This document shows, piece after piece, positions 9,129 to 17,660 of a DNA stretch of 35,374 nt; the stretch's first letter is position 1; every line of letters begins with the position of its first letter. The stretch covers positions 1 to 35,374 of the IMG/VR virus record IMGVR_UViG_3300020042_013011; one strand, written 5' to 3'. The notes under the pieces were generated by a model. The model did no database searches, was not told where the DNA came from, and saw nothing but the letters and a program-made list of their open reading frames with translations. The translations under genes and the position numbers were made by a program. This DNA is from a virus (taxonomy: Duplodnaviria; Caudoviricetes).

Positions 9129-10454
9129 ATGCCATCAGTTAGAAAACCTAACCCAAAATCCCAACAACAAATCTCAAATGATTATGTGGATCCGTATATT
9201 TTCCCTGAAACTGGTGAATCTTTAGGTAATCCAAACATACCAAGCGAATTCAATCAATTTACTTCAACACAACAAAACGGTGTTTCATTTAACCGTTCGG
9301 GGCAAATGTCTTTTAAAGACGATACAACAAAACCATTTACAGTTGGATTACAGGATATAGATGAGTCAATAATGTACTATTTCCAAAACGTAATTAAACC
9401 TACTGTAATACAAAATGGTGTTCGGATAGCAGTTCCAATTATTTATGGTGCCCCTGAACGTTGGAAATCTGTACAAAAAGACGGATACTATAAAGACAAA
9501 AACGGGGCGATTATGTCCCCATTGATTATGTTTAAAAGAGATACAATGGATAAAAACCGTTCTCTTACAAACAAATTAGATGCTAATTCCCCCAATTTGT
9601 ATACATCTTGGACAAAATCATACAACTCTAAAAATGACTACTCAAATTTTAGCGTATTAACAAATCGTATACCTGTAGAACAATTCGTGGTAAATGTAGT
9701 ACCGGATTATGTTAATTTAACATATAGTTGTGTTATTCAAACGTATTATGTTGAGCAACTAAACAAAATAATTGAGGCATTAAACTATGCCTCTGATTCA
9801 TACTGGGGCAATCCTGAACGCTTTAAGTTCAAAGCATCTATTGATTCATACTCTACAGTTGTAGAAATTAGTGATAACACATCCCGTGTTGTAAAAGGTA
9901 CATTTACCATCAAATTATTTGGATACATTGTACCAGACACAATTCAAAAAGAAGTAACAGCTATTAAAAAATACAATAGTAAAGCTCAAGTTATTATTGG
10001 AATTGAAACAGTAAATGGTTTAACAGAATTTGTAACATCAACAAAGAAAAAATCTCCTGTTATCATTCCATCAACTGGTGGAGGAGGAGGTGGAGGAAGT
10101 ATTACTACTGCTACTTTAATTTACTTAAATACTAACACTCAATTATTAGGTACTTTTGTAAATTCAACAACAGTAACCTTTGCCAGCAGTTGGCTTTCAT
10201 CCCCAACAGGACTTCCTGCAACATCTGTTAATAATTTCTCTATATTCTGTAACGGTACTTTAATTGAATTAGCAGCTATAGTTTCATTTACAGAAAGTGG
10301 AGGTATAACAACATTAGTAATTAACCCAACTCAATTGGGTTATGGTTTTGATATAAATGATGAAGTAATTGCTATTGGTAAGTTTTCTTCATCAACTCCA
10401 CCAACACCATCATCAAATTCATTTTCAAGTGCTTTTTCTAATGCTTTTAGCTAA
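9129..10454 (+). CDS. Tail terminator/sheath stabiliser (gp15-like) with a C-terminal extension
   Basis: VPIIYGAPERW, PLIMFKR and VPDYVNLTY...EQLNKIIE resemble gp15; a Gly7 linker is followed by a ~120 aa beta-rich extra domain. Confidence 0.65.
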   Translation: MPSVRKPNPKSQQQISNDYVDPYIFPETGESLGNPNIPSEFNQFTSTQQNGVSFNRSGQMSFKDDTTKPFTVGLQDIDESIMYYFQNVIKPTVIQNGVRIAVPIIYGAPERWKSVQKDGYYKDKNGAIMSPLIMFKRDTMDKNRSLTNKLDANSPNLYTSWTKSYNSKNDYSNFSVLTNRIPVEQFVVNVVPDYVNLTYSCVIQTYYVEQLNKIIEALNYASDSYWGNPERFKFKASIDSYSTVVEISDNTSRVVKGTFTIKLFGYIVPDTIQKEVTAIKKYNSKAQVIIGIETVNGLTEFVTSTKKKSPVIIPSTGGGGGGGSITTATLIYLNTNTQLLGTFVNSTTVTFASSWLSSPTGLPATSVNNFSIFCNGTLIELAAIVSFTESGGITTLVINPTQLGYGFDINDEVIAIGKFSSSTPPTPSSNSFSSAFSNAFS

Positions 10455-10468
10455 TAAATAAATAAAAC

Positions 10469-11797
10469 ATGTCACAACAAAACAAAACCACATTACAAGC
10501 AGCTATTAATACTCAATTAGCCGATAACACTTCAGGTGATATATCTGCGGCTGATATAAGAGATAATCTTATTAATGTAACTGATAGTTTACTATTTAAT
10601 AGTGGCTCTCAAGGTATTACTGGATCTTTAACAGCAACTTCATTTACAGGTTCATTACAAGGAACAGCAACTACTGCTTCTATTGCAGATGTAGCTACTA
10701 AACTTACTATTACTGGAGCCGGTGGAGTTGGAATTCTTTACCCAACATTAGTAGGTATATCTGCTGGTAATCTTGATGTATCAACTAAATCATCTAACTT
10801 GTTTTTTACCCAAACAACAAGCCAATTATTTGCTACTTCAATTTCAAGCTCATTTACAGGTTCATTGCAAGGAACAGCTTCGTATGCTACCGTTGCTCAA
10901 ACTTTATTAGGAAGTGTTACTAGTGCTTCATATGCTGCTACCGCATCTGTATTATTAGGAAGTGTTACTAGTGCTTCATATGCTGCTACCGCATCTGTAT
11001 TATTAGGAAGTGTTACTAGTGCTTCATATGCTATTACTTCTTCCTTATCTGATGAAACTATAGGAGCTGGATTATATGGAGGTGAAATTCAATTTAGAAA
11101 TCTTAGTGATGGAAGAAATACATATGATTCTTCATTTTCATGGAATGTATATACTAGTGGTTTAAATGTAGGAGATCCTAATAGCACTGGAGGTACTGGT
11201 GCTTATTATTTAGCCGTTGGTGTTGAATCTCTAGCAAATGGGAATTATTCAGTAGCATTTGGTTCTAGTTCATTAGCATCAGGTATAGGATCATTTACTC
11301 ATGGTAAAACAATTACAGCCGCTGGAGAATATTCTCATGCTGAAGGTGCAAATACATTAGCTAGTGCTAGTTTTTCACATGCTGAAGGTCGATTAACCAT
11401 ATCTAGAGGACAATATTCCCATACTGAAGGATACTTTACTACAGCATCAGGTCTATATTCTCATGCTGAAGGATCAGGTTCAATAGCTTTGGGATTAGCT
11501 TCACATGCTGAAGGTCAATTCACTATAGCATCTGGATCTTATCAACATGTAGAAGGTAGATTTAATACTCAAGGAGATTCAACTTCATTAATGATTGTAG
11601 GGAATGGTACTTCTAATGCATCCCGTTCAGATGCCTTTAAAGTAAAAATGTCCGGTTCAATTGTTTTACCAACTACTCAATCAATTGCACCATCATGGAC
11701 TGGTACAGATGGAGAAATTGTTCCTGCAACTGTATCAGGTAACTATTTCCTTTATATGTGGATGAGTGGTGCCTGGAGATCAGGATCATTTGTATAA
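10469..11797 (+). CDS. Fibre/adhesin-like protein with YadA-head-like SHAEG repeats
   Basis: TGSLQGTAS(Y)A stalk motifs and 14-aa (Y/F)SHAEG repeats; C-terminal domain shared with 24809..25957. Confidence 0.7.
   Translation: MSQQNKTTLQAAINTQLADNTSGDISAADIRDNLINVTDSLLFNSGSQGITGSLTATSFTGSLQGTATTASIADVATKLTITGAGGVGILYPTLVGISAGNLDVSTKSSNLFFTQTTSQLFATSISSSFTGSLQGTASYATVAQTLLGSVTSASYAATASVLLGSVTSASYAATASVLLGSVTSASYAITSSLSDETIGAGLYGGEIQFRNLSDGRNTYDSSFSWNVYTSGLNVGDPNSTGGTGAYYLAVGVESLANGNYSVAFGSSSLASGIGSFTHGKTITAAGEYSHAEGANTLASASFSHAEGRLTISRGQYSHTEGYFTTASGLYSHAEGSGSIALGLASHAEGQFTIASGSYQHVEGRFNTQGDSTSLMIVGNGTSNASRSDAFKVKMSGSIVLPTTQSIAPSWTGTDGEIVPATVSGNYFLYMWMSGAWRSGSFV
10904..11032 (+). repeat. 48-bp exact tandem repeat (~2.7 copies), coding LLGSVTSASYAATASV
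   Basis: Units start at 10904, 10952 and 11000. Confidence 0.9.
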
Positions 11798-11826
11798 TAT
11801 AGTTAACGTTTAATATTTATAATAAA

Positions 11827-11970
11827 ATGGCAAAAGCAAAATTACAAGCAACAGTTTCATTCTTTAAAAAACCTAAAAAGAAAAATCCAGGTGTTCACGC
11901 AAAATCAAAATCAAGTAAAAACAAAAATAGTAAAAACTATACAAAAACCTATACAGCCCAAGGTAGATAA
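11827..11970 (+). CDS. Small basic protein (47 aa), absent from the ORF track
   Basis: MAKAKLQATVSFFKKPKKKNPGVHAKSKSSKNKNSKNYTKTYTAQGR*; late motif at 11813; TAATG overlap with the next gene. Confidence 0.8.
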   Translation: MAKAKLQATVSFFKKPKKKNPGVHAKSKSSKNKNSKNYTKTYTAQGR

Positions 11971-12323
11971 TGGCAATAATTAAACCATCACAATTAGCAT
12001 CAGGTTCATACAATATAACGGGCTCGTTATTTGGAACTTCGTCATTTGCAAATTATGCAACTTTTGCATTGACTGCATCTTATGCTTTAAATGGTAGTGG
12101 TGGTGGAGGTGGAGATCCTTTTAGAATTACTACAGGAAGTATTTCAGCTAGTGTAAATATAGGCCCTACTATATTTTTAATTACTCAAAATAATATACCT
12201 GTTTTAACAGTATCTCAAAGTGGAGTAGTAATATTTGCTACGCAATCTCAAGAACTTACAGGTACTGCACCCAATGGTGGAATTTATTTTACATCTTCAT
12301 CATTCTTTATCGGTTTAGATTAA
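11970..12323 (+). CDS. Short fibre-associated structural protein
   Basis: TGSLFGTSSFA motif, poly-Gly linker, SGS-rich like its neighbours. Confidence 0.6.
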   Translation: MAIIKPSQLASGSYNITGSLFGTSSFANYATFALTASYALNGSGGGGGDPFRITTGSISASVNIGPTIFLITQNNIPVLTVSQSGVVIFATQSQELTGTAPNGGIYFTSSSFFIGLD

Positions 12324-12362
12324 AACACATATATTTATAATAAAATAAAATAAAAAAGAAAC

Positions 12363-13946
12363 ATGGCAACTTGGAAAAAAGTAATAGTCTCGGGTAGTAC
12401 AGCCAATCTGGCCGCATTACAAGTAGACAACTTAACATTAGGACAGGTAGTAATTGGTGGTGGTACAGGTAACTTATCTACTACAGCAATTAACGGTACT
12501 GGTAATATCGTAGCAACAACTGGTGCTACAGTAAATATGTCCGGTTCATTTAGTGGATCATTCGTTGGTAATGGTGCTGGATTAACAGGAGTTACCGCAA
12601 CTGCAGTATTCCCTACCACACAAGTAACTAACCTTGTAAGTCAAGATAAATTCTTCATTAGTCAATCAACAGGGCAAGAATTTGTTACCTATGGTAACTT
12701 ATTAAATGACTTAGCAGGTACTAATTTAGTAACTGAATCTAATGATAGTTTAACCCTAGCAGCACAAATTTCAGTAACAGGAGTTACAGCATCATTTTTA
12801 GGTAACTTAACAGGTACTGCTTCATTTGCTACTTATGCTACTAACGCTGGTACAGCTGCAACATCATCATTTGTTTTAAATGCAGTAAGTGCATCATACG
12901 CAACATTTGCAGCAACTGCTACTAGTGCTTCATTTGCTACTAATGCTGCAACTGCTACAAGTGCTTCATTTGCTACTAATGCTGCAACTGCTACAAGTGC
13001 TTCATTTGCAACCCAAGCCGCTAATGCCTCTAATGCTACAACAGCTGTAACATCTATTTCTGCCTCTATAACAGACACAACAACAGGTGGTATTCATTTC
13101 TTAGTATTTACTACAGGGTCAACAGGTAACCAATCATTAAGAGTTGATTCAAATGGTCCTACAGTTAATGTTACCCAAAACTCAATTTCTGCATCATCAT
13201 TTACTGGTTCATTATTAGGTACAGCAACAACAGCTTCATATGTTTTAAACGCAGTAAGTGCTTCATTTGCTACTACTGCTGCATCTGCTACAACGGCATC
13301 CTATGTTTTAAATGCAGTAAGTGCTTCATTTGCTACTACTGCTGCATCTGCTACTAGTGCTTCATATGCAACATTTGCTGCAACTGCTACTAGTGCTTCA
13401 TATGCTACAAATGCCTCAACCGCTACTAGTGCTTCATTTGCGAGTGCTGTAGCAAGTATTGCAGCCAACGTTACTAACAATACAGATAATAGAGTATTAA
13501 CAGCAACTGGTGGTAGTACTATTAATGGTGAAGGAAATTTAACATTTGATGGTACTACATTAACAGTAACAGGAAATGAAGTAGTTACAGGTAACTTAAC
13601 AGTACAAGGTACAGCTTCATTCCAAAACACAACTAACTTAGAAGTAGCCGATAGATTCGTATTATTTGCTTCAGGTTCAAACACAGCTGGAGATGGTGGT
13701 ATCGTTGTTCAACAAGGTATTCAAAACGTAGGTGAATTATTTGGATATGAAAACTCAGTTAACCGTTGGGGCTTTACCTCATCATTTAACGCCGGTTCTC
13801 CTTCATACACAGCTGCAGCCTTTGTAACAACTACAGAAACAAGTATATCAGTTCCATCAGCCGCTCCAGTTTATGGAGGTGCTTCAAATGGATTTGGTAA
13901 CATACATGTTAAAACAGATACAGGAGATATTTATATTTACGCTTAA
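12363..13946 (+). CDS. Long Ala/Ser/Thr-rich tail fibre-like protein
   Basis: 527 aa with many SAS(F/Y)A repeats; N-terminus MATWKKVIVSGS is paralogous to that of 14507. Confidence 0.7.
   Translation: MATWKKVIVSGSTANLAALQVDNLTLGQVVIGGGTGNLSTTAINGTGNIVATTGATVNMSGSFSGSFVGNGAGLTGVTATAVFPTTQVTNLVSQDKFFISQSTGQEFVTYGNLLNDLAGTNLVTESNDSLTLAAQISVTGVTASFLGNLTGTASFATYATNAGTAATSSFVLNAVSASYATFAATATSASFATNAATATSASFATNAATATSASFATQAANASNATTAVTSISASITDTTTGGIHFLVFTTGSTGNQSLRVDSNGPTVNVTQNSISASSFTGSLLGTATTASYVLNAVSASFATTAASATTASYVLNAVSASFATTAASATSASYATFAATATSASYATNASTATSASFASAVASIAANVTNNTDNRVLTATGGSTINGEGNLTFDGTTLTVTGNEVVTGNLTVQGTASFQNTTNLEVADRFVLFASGSNTAGDGGIVVQQGIQNVGELFGYENSVNRWGFTSSFNAGSPSYTAAAFVTTTETSISVPSAAPVYGGASNGFGNIHVKTDTGDIYIYA
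12912..13010 (+). repeat. 36-bp tandem repeat (~2.7 copies, ATATSASFATNA)
   Basis: Units start at 12912, 12948 and 12984. Confidence 0.85.
13239..13354 (+). repeat. 63-bp tandem repeat (~2 copies, YVLNAVSASFATTAASAT..)
   Basis: Units start at 13239 and 13302 and are nearly identical. Confidence 0.8.
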
Positions 13947-13952
13947 TATAAT

Positions 13953-13983
13953 GGGGTGGGTATAATGTCCACCCCTATTTTTT
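13953..13983 (+). terminator. Probable Rho-independent terminator
   Basis: GGGGTGGG-7nt-TCCACCCC hairpin followed by TATTTTTT. Confidence 0.7.
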
Positions 13984-13994
13984 AAATTAATGTT

Positions 13995-14183
13995 ATGGGA
14001 TTACTAGATAGAATTACACCAAAACCAACACAGCCAGAATTGGCTCCAAACCAATTATCTATTCAAGAAATAGAAGTTTTACTTTCTATGGTAAAACGAA
14101 CAAACTTCCTTGGAGAAGATATAGAACCTTTATATAATTTAGTCGTTAAGCTACAAAGCCAATACCTAGAACAGACTAAATAA
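13995..14183 (+). CDS. Small hypothetical helical protein
   Basis: 62 aa ORF with an A/T-rich leader, downstream of a fibre gene. Confidence 0.65.
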   Translation: MGLLDRITPKPTQPELAPNQLSIQEIEVLLSMVKRTNFLGEDIEPLYNLVVKLQSQYLEQTK

Positions 14184-14189
14184 TAATAT

Positions 14190-14426
14190 ATGAATTTATT
14201 TTCCATTGATTTTTCCCACGCAGAACTAAATTTTCTACGTCAAGCCCTAGAAACTGTTCCTATCCAAGGAAAAGACGCTAAATTTTGTGCTTCCATTCAA
14301 ATTAAACTAGAACAAGAACTAGATGAAATTGTTCGAATGATTAAAGCTGAAGAAGAAGCTAAAACAATTGGTCTTCAACAGATTCTTGAAAACGAAGAAG
14401 TTAAGGCAACTAGAAAAAGATCATAA
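14190..14426 (+). CDS. Small hypothetical coiled-coil protein
   Basis: 78 aa ORF tightly packed with the previous gene. Confidence 0.65.
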   Translation: MNLFSIDFSHAELNFLRQALETVPIQGKDAKFCASIQIKLEQELDEIVRMIKAEEEAKTIGLQQILENEEVKATRKRS

Positions 14427-14440
14427 TATATTTATTACCG

Positions 14441-14497
14441 TATTATAGGCTCGTAAGAGAAGTGGGCACCGCATATTTGGTGTAACCAACCGTAATA
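14441..14497 (+). ncRNA. Candidate structured cis-regulatory leader RNA (three-way junction)
   Basis: P1 UAUUAU(A)GG/CCGUAAUA; P2 CUC-GUAA-GAG; P3 UGG..CACCG-loop-UGGUG..CCA; lies between the late motif and ATG 14507. Confidence 0.5.
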
Positions 14498-14506
14498 AAC
14501 ATATAA

Positions 14507-15280
14507 ATGCCAAACTGGAAAAAAGTCATTACATCGGGCTCGAGTGCTGCCCTTACCTCAGTCACTGCAACCGCAGGATTTACAGGTTCACTCTCAGGAA
14601 GTGCTACTTCAGCAACTTCAGCTTCGTATGCAACTACATCTTCATATACTTTTACAGCTTTAACAGCATCATATGTTAACCCCCTTAACCAAAATGTAAT
14701 AATTACAGGTTCGGTTAATATTTCACAAAACATAACCGCCTCTAGAGCATATTTTTCAGCATCTAATGGTACAGTTAACGGTCCCACTTTAACAATATAT
14801 GGTTCGGGTTCAGCTCAACCAGTACTTACAGTACAAGGTTCACAAGGTGAACTATTCTCAATAACAGACAGCCTCTCAGGCTCATTATATTCAGTAAACG
14901 ATATTTCAGGTTTACCTATTTTAGAGGTATTCTCAGATAATACTGTATTGATTGGTAACTATCAAGATCCAATGTTGATTACAACTGCAAAAGTTGTACA
15001 AACAAATTCCGGATCTTTTACAGTATATAGTTTACCAACTGCTTCATACGATACAGCCTTCTTCGAATATTCAATTAAGTCAGGTTCAAATGCACGAGCG
15101 GGCACAATTATGGCTATTCAAGCAGGATCATCGGTTAATTTTACCGAAACCACAACAACAGATATTGGAAACACAACAGCGGTTTCGTTTACTGTACTAG
15201 TATCAGGTTCAAATCTAGCTTTAACAGGATCGTCAGCAACTGGATCCTGGACAATCAAATCAATAGTAAGAGGTATATAA
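14507..15280 (+). CDS. Fibre-associated structural protein
   Basis: MPNWKKVITSGS N-terminus, TGSLSGSA and SASYA motifs, beta-rich C-terminal domain. Confidence 0.65.
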   Translation: MPNWKKVITSGSSAALTSVTATAGFTGSLSGSATSATSASYATTSSYTFTALTASYVNPLNQNVIITGSVNISQNITASRAYFSASNGTVNGPTLTIYGSGSAQPVLTVQGSQGELFSITDSLSGSLYSVNDISGLPILEVFSDNTVLIGNYQDPMLITTAKVVQTNSGSFTVYSLPTASYDTAFFEYSIKSGSNARAGTIMAIQAGSSVNFTETTTTDIGNTTAVSFTVLVSGSNLALTGSSATGSWTIKSIVRGI

Positions 15281-15283
15281 GTT

Positions 15284-15988
15284 ATGGCATTTAATTATTC
15301 ACCAAAAATAGTAACCGATGGATTGATACTTGCACTAGATGCAGCTAATACAAGATCTTATCCTAGTACTGGAACTACATGGACTGATTTAAGTCGAGGT
15401 GGTAATAATGGAACATTAGTAAATGGACCTACCTTTAATACAGAAAGTGGAGGAAATATTGTTTTTGATGGCACTAATGATTATTGTAATATACCAATAC
15501 CAGCTGTCCCAACCGGTAGCCAAGCTACAGTATCATTTTGGACTAAATTCAATATTACCCAAGCATCATCAATATTTTCAGCATATAATTCTGCAGGTCA
15601 AAGACAAATAAATATACATTTAACTTGGAGTGATAGTATTGTGTATTGGGATTGTGGGGCAAGTGGTGGTACATATGATAGAATAAATAGTAGTACATTA
15701 ACTATAGCACAAAAAACTGGATGGCATAATTGGATCTTTACTAAAAACGCGACAACAGGTACTATGGTTATTTATTTAGATGGTATAAGTTTAGTTTCCG
15801 GTACTGGAAAAACTAATACAATAGGAGTCATTAGTACAGCATCAAAAAGATGTGCAATTGCTAGTTTTGATGATACATTGTATTATTCTGGTAATATAAG
15901 TAGTATGTTATTATACAACCGTGCCCTAAGCGCAACCGAAGTTCTCCAAAACTATAACGCAACTAAAACCCGATTTGGACTTATATAA
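15284..15988 (+). CDS. LamG/concanavalin A-like lectin domain protein 1
   Basis: IVTDGLILALDAAN, WTDLS..GNNGTLVNGPT, FDGTNDY, WHN, IYLDG and YNRALSATEVLQNY. Confidence 0.85.
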   Translation: MAFNYSPKIVTDGLILALDAANTRSYPSTGTTWTDLSRGGNNGTLVNGPTFNTESGGNIVFDGTNDYCNIPIPAVPTGSQATVSFWTKFNITQASSIFSAYNSAGQRQINIHLTWSDSIVYWDCGASGGTYDRINSSTLTIAQKTGWHNWIFTKNATTGTMVIYLDGISLVSGTGKTNTIGVISTASKRCAIASFDDTLYYSGNISSMLLYNRALSATEVLQNYNATKTRFGLI

Positions 15989-16629
15989 TGGCAGGAACAG
16001 TAGCACCAGATATAGTAACTAATGGTTTAGTGTTGTATTTAGATGCAGCAAATACTAAGTCATATGTAAGTGGTAGTACCTCATGGACTGATATAGCTAA
16101 TCTTACTAATGGAACTTTAACAAATGGACCAACGTTTAATTCTGCAAATGGAGGTTCTATAGTTTTTGATGGAGTAGATGATTATGCAGTTTGGTCAAGT
16201 AATCCTTTATCTTCATTAACATCTGCTAAAACATATGATCTTTGGATTAAATTTAACCAAAGTAACTTAAATGCATTTACACTTTCATGTGGGACTATAA
16301 TGGTATATATTGAAAGCGGCAATACATGGTATGTAAATCAGTCTGGGGCAACAAATTCTTACCTAGGTTGGACATATAATTCAAATTGGAATAATTTTAT
16401 TTATTCATTTGATGGGACTAATCATTTATGTTATATTAATGGTACTTCAAGAACCATAAATTTTGGTAGCGGGCTAAGTTCTCAAACTAATTTATATATC
16501 GGAAATAGAATTAATTTAGATAGCCCAATGAAAGGAAATATAGCCTCTACCAAAGTATATAATAGAGGACTTTCAGCTCAAGAAATGCTTCAAAACTATA
16601 ACTCAACAAAAACCCGATTCGGAATATAA
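15988..16629 (+). CDS. LamG/concanavalin A-like lectin domain protein 2
   Basis: Same terminal motifs (IVTNGLVLYLDAAN, FDGVDDY, YNRGLSAQEMLQNY). Confidence 0.85.
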   Translation: MAGTVAPDIVTNGLVLYLDAANTKSYVSGSTSWTDIANLTNGTLTNGPTFNSANGGSIVFDGVDDYAVWSSNPLSSLTSAKTYDLWIKFNQSNLNAFTLSCGTIMVYIESGNTWYVNQSGATNSYLGWTYNSNWNNFIYSFDGTNHLCYINGTSRTINFGSGLSSQTNLYIGNRINLDSPMKGNIASTKVYNRGLSAQEMLQNYNSTKTRFGI

Positions 16630-16632
16630 AAT

Positions 16633-16896
16633 ATGGAAACACAAGAATACGACAACAGAGAATTCATGATATTCAATGTATCTGAATTACCAGAAATTAA
16701 CTTTACACAAGTACTAGAAACTTCAGAAGACACAGTACGTAAAAGTGTAGATGGTACAAAAACATTTGTAAAATGGGATGGTGAAATACCACAATGTGTT
16801 GCATATTTAGATACTAAAGAAGGACCATACACATATGATGAAATTTTAGCTATTTTAGCTACACCAGAATGGAATTATCCTGACCCAACGATATAA
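16633..16896 (+). CDS. Small acidic hypothetical protein between LamG genes
   Basis: 87 aa ORF in a tightly packed operon. Confidence 0.7.
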   Translation: METQEYDNREFMIFNVSELPEINFTQVLETSEDTVRKSVDGTKTFVKWDGEIPQCVAYLDTKEGPYTYDEILAILATPEWNYPDPTI

Positions 16897-16901
16897 GAAT
16901 A

Positions 16902-17609
16902 ATGGGAACGGTAACAGGTGGGCAAGGCAATATTGTAACTAATGGACTAGTACTTCGTTTAGATGCATCTAATCCAAGATCATATGCTCCTCCATATGAT
17001 GGAACTGCTTGGACTGATTTAAGTGGAGTTGGAAATAATACAACCCTTGTAAACGGTCCTATTTATTCATCGGATAAAGGAGGATTCATTACTTTTGATG
17101 GTACAAATGACTATGGAAGTATTAGTAATCAAACTTCAATGTTAACACCTACATTTACAATATGTAGTTATGTAAATGCTGTAAGTTTTACAAATGCTGT
17201 AGTGTTTACTAGAGAAAGTGCACGTTTAAATTTAGGTATATCATACGGAGGCTCTCAAGGTGCATATTTTTTTGTTAGAGGAAACAATTACCCTGCTGCT
17301 GAATTTAACGGTGTTCAACAATCTTATGGTTTTCAACTAAACACCTGGTATCATGTTACATTTATAGTAGACATCCCAGGAAATAATTATGGAATGTATG
17401 TAAATGGATCTCAAATTTGGTCTTCTAATGCAGTTTTAGGAACAGATTTTCAAAATCCTGGAATTTCTGGGGTAATAGCCTCTAGATATGGTGGTGCTGC
17501 AAATAATGCAAATATTAGATTAGGATCTTTTTACTTTTATAATCGTGCTCTTTCAGCAATTGAAGTACTTCAAAACTTTAACGCAACAAGAACACGTTTT
17601 AACATTTAA
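16902..17609 (+). CDS. LamG/concanavalin A-like lectin domain protein 3
   Basis: IVTNGLVLRLDASN, FDGTNDY, NTWYHVT, MYVNG and YNRALSAIEVLQNF. Confidence 0.85.
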   Translation: MGTVTGGQGNIVTNGLVLRLDASNPRSYAPPYDGTAWTDLSGVGNNTTLVNGPIYSSDKGGFITFDGTNDYGSISNQTSMLTPTFTICSYVNAVSFTNAVVFTRESARLNLGISYGGSQGAYFFVRGNNYPAAEFNGVQQSYGFQLNTWYHVTFIVDIPGNNYGMYVNGSQIWSSNAVLGTDFQNPGISGVIASRYGGAANNANIRLGSFYFYNRALSAIEVLQNFNATRTRFNI

Positions 17610-17660
17610 CCATATTTATAACAAACATACTATTAACATACTCTTGGACAGGGAAAAGAT

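Noticed and set aside
10904-13354. Short periodic repeats as a CRISPR array
   Set aside because: They are in-frame coding tandem repeats without unique spacers, and no cas genes are present
13927-13935. ATATTTATA copy inside the 3' end of gene 12363..13946
   Set aside because: It is within coding sequence and upstream of a terminator-like hairpin; could be chance in AT-rich DNA, so it was not counted as a promoter
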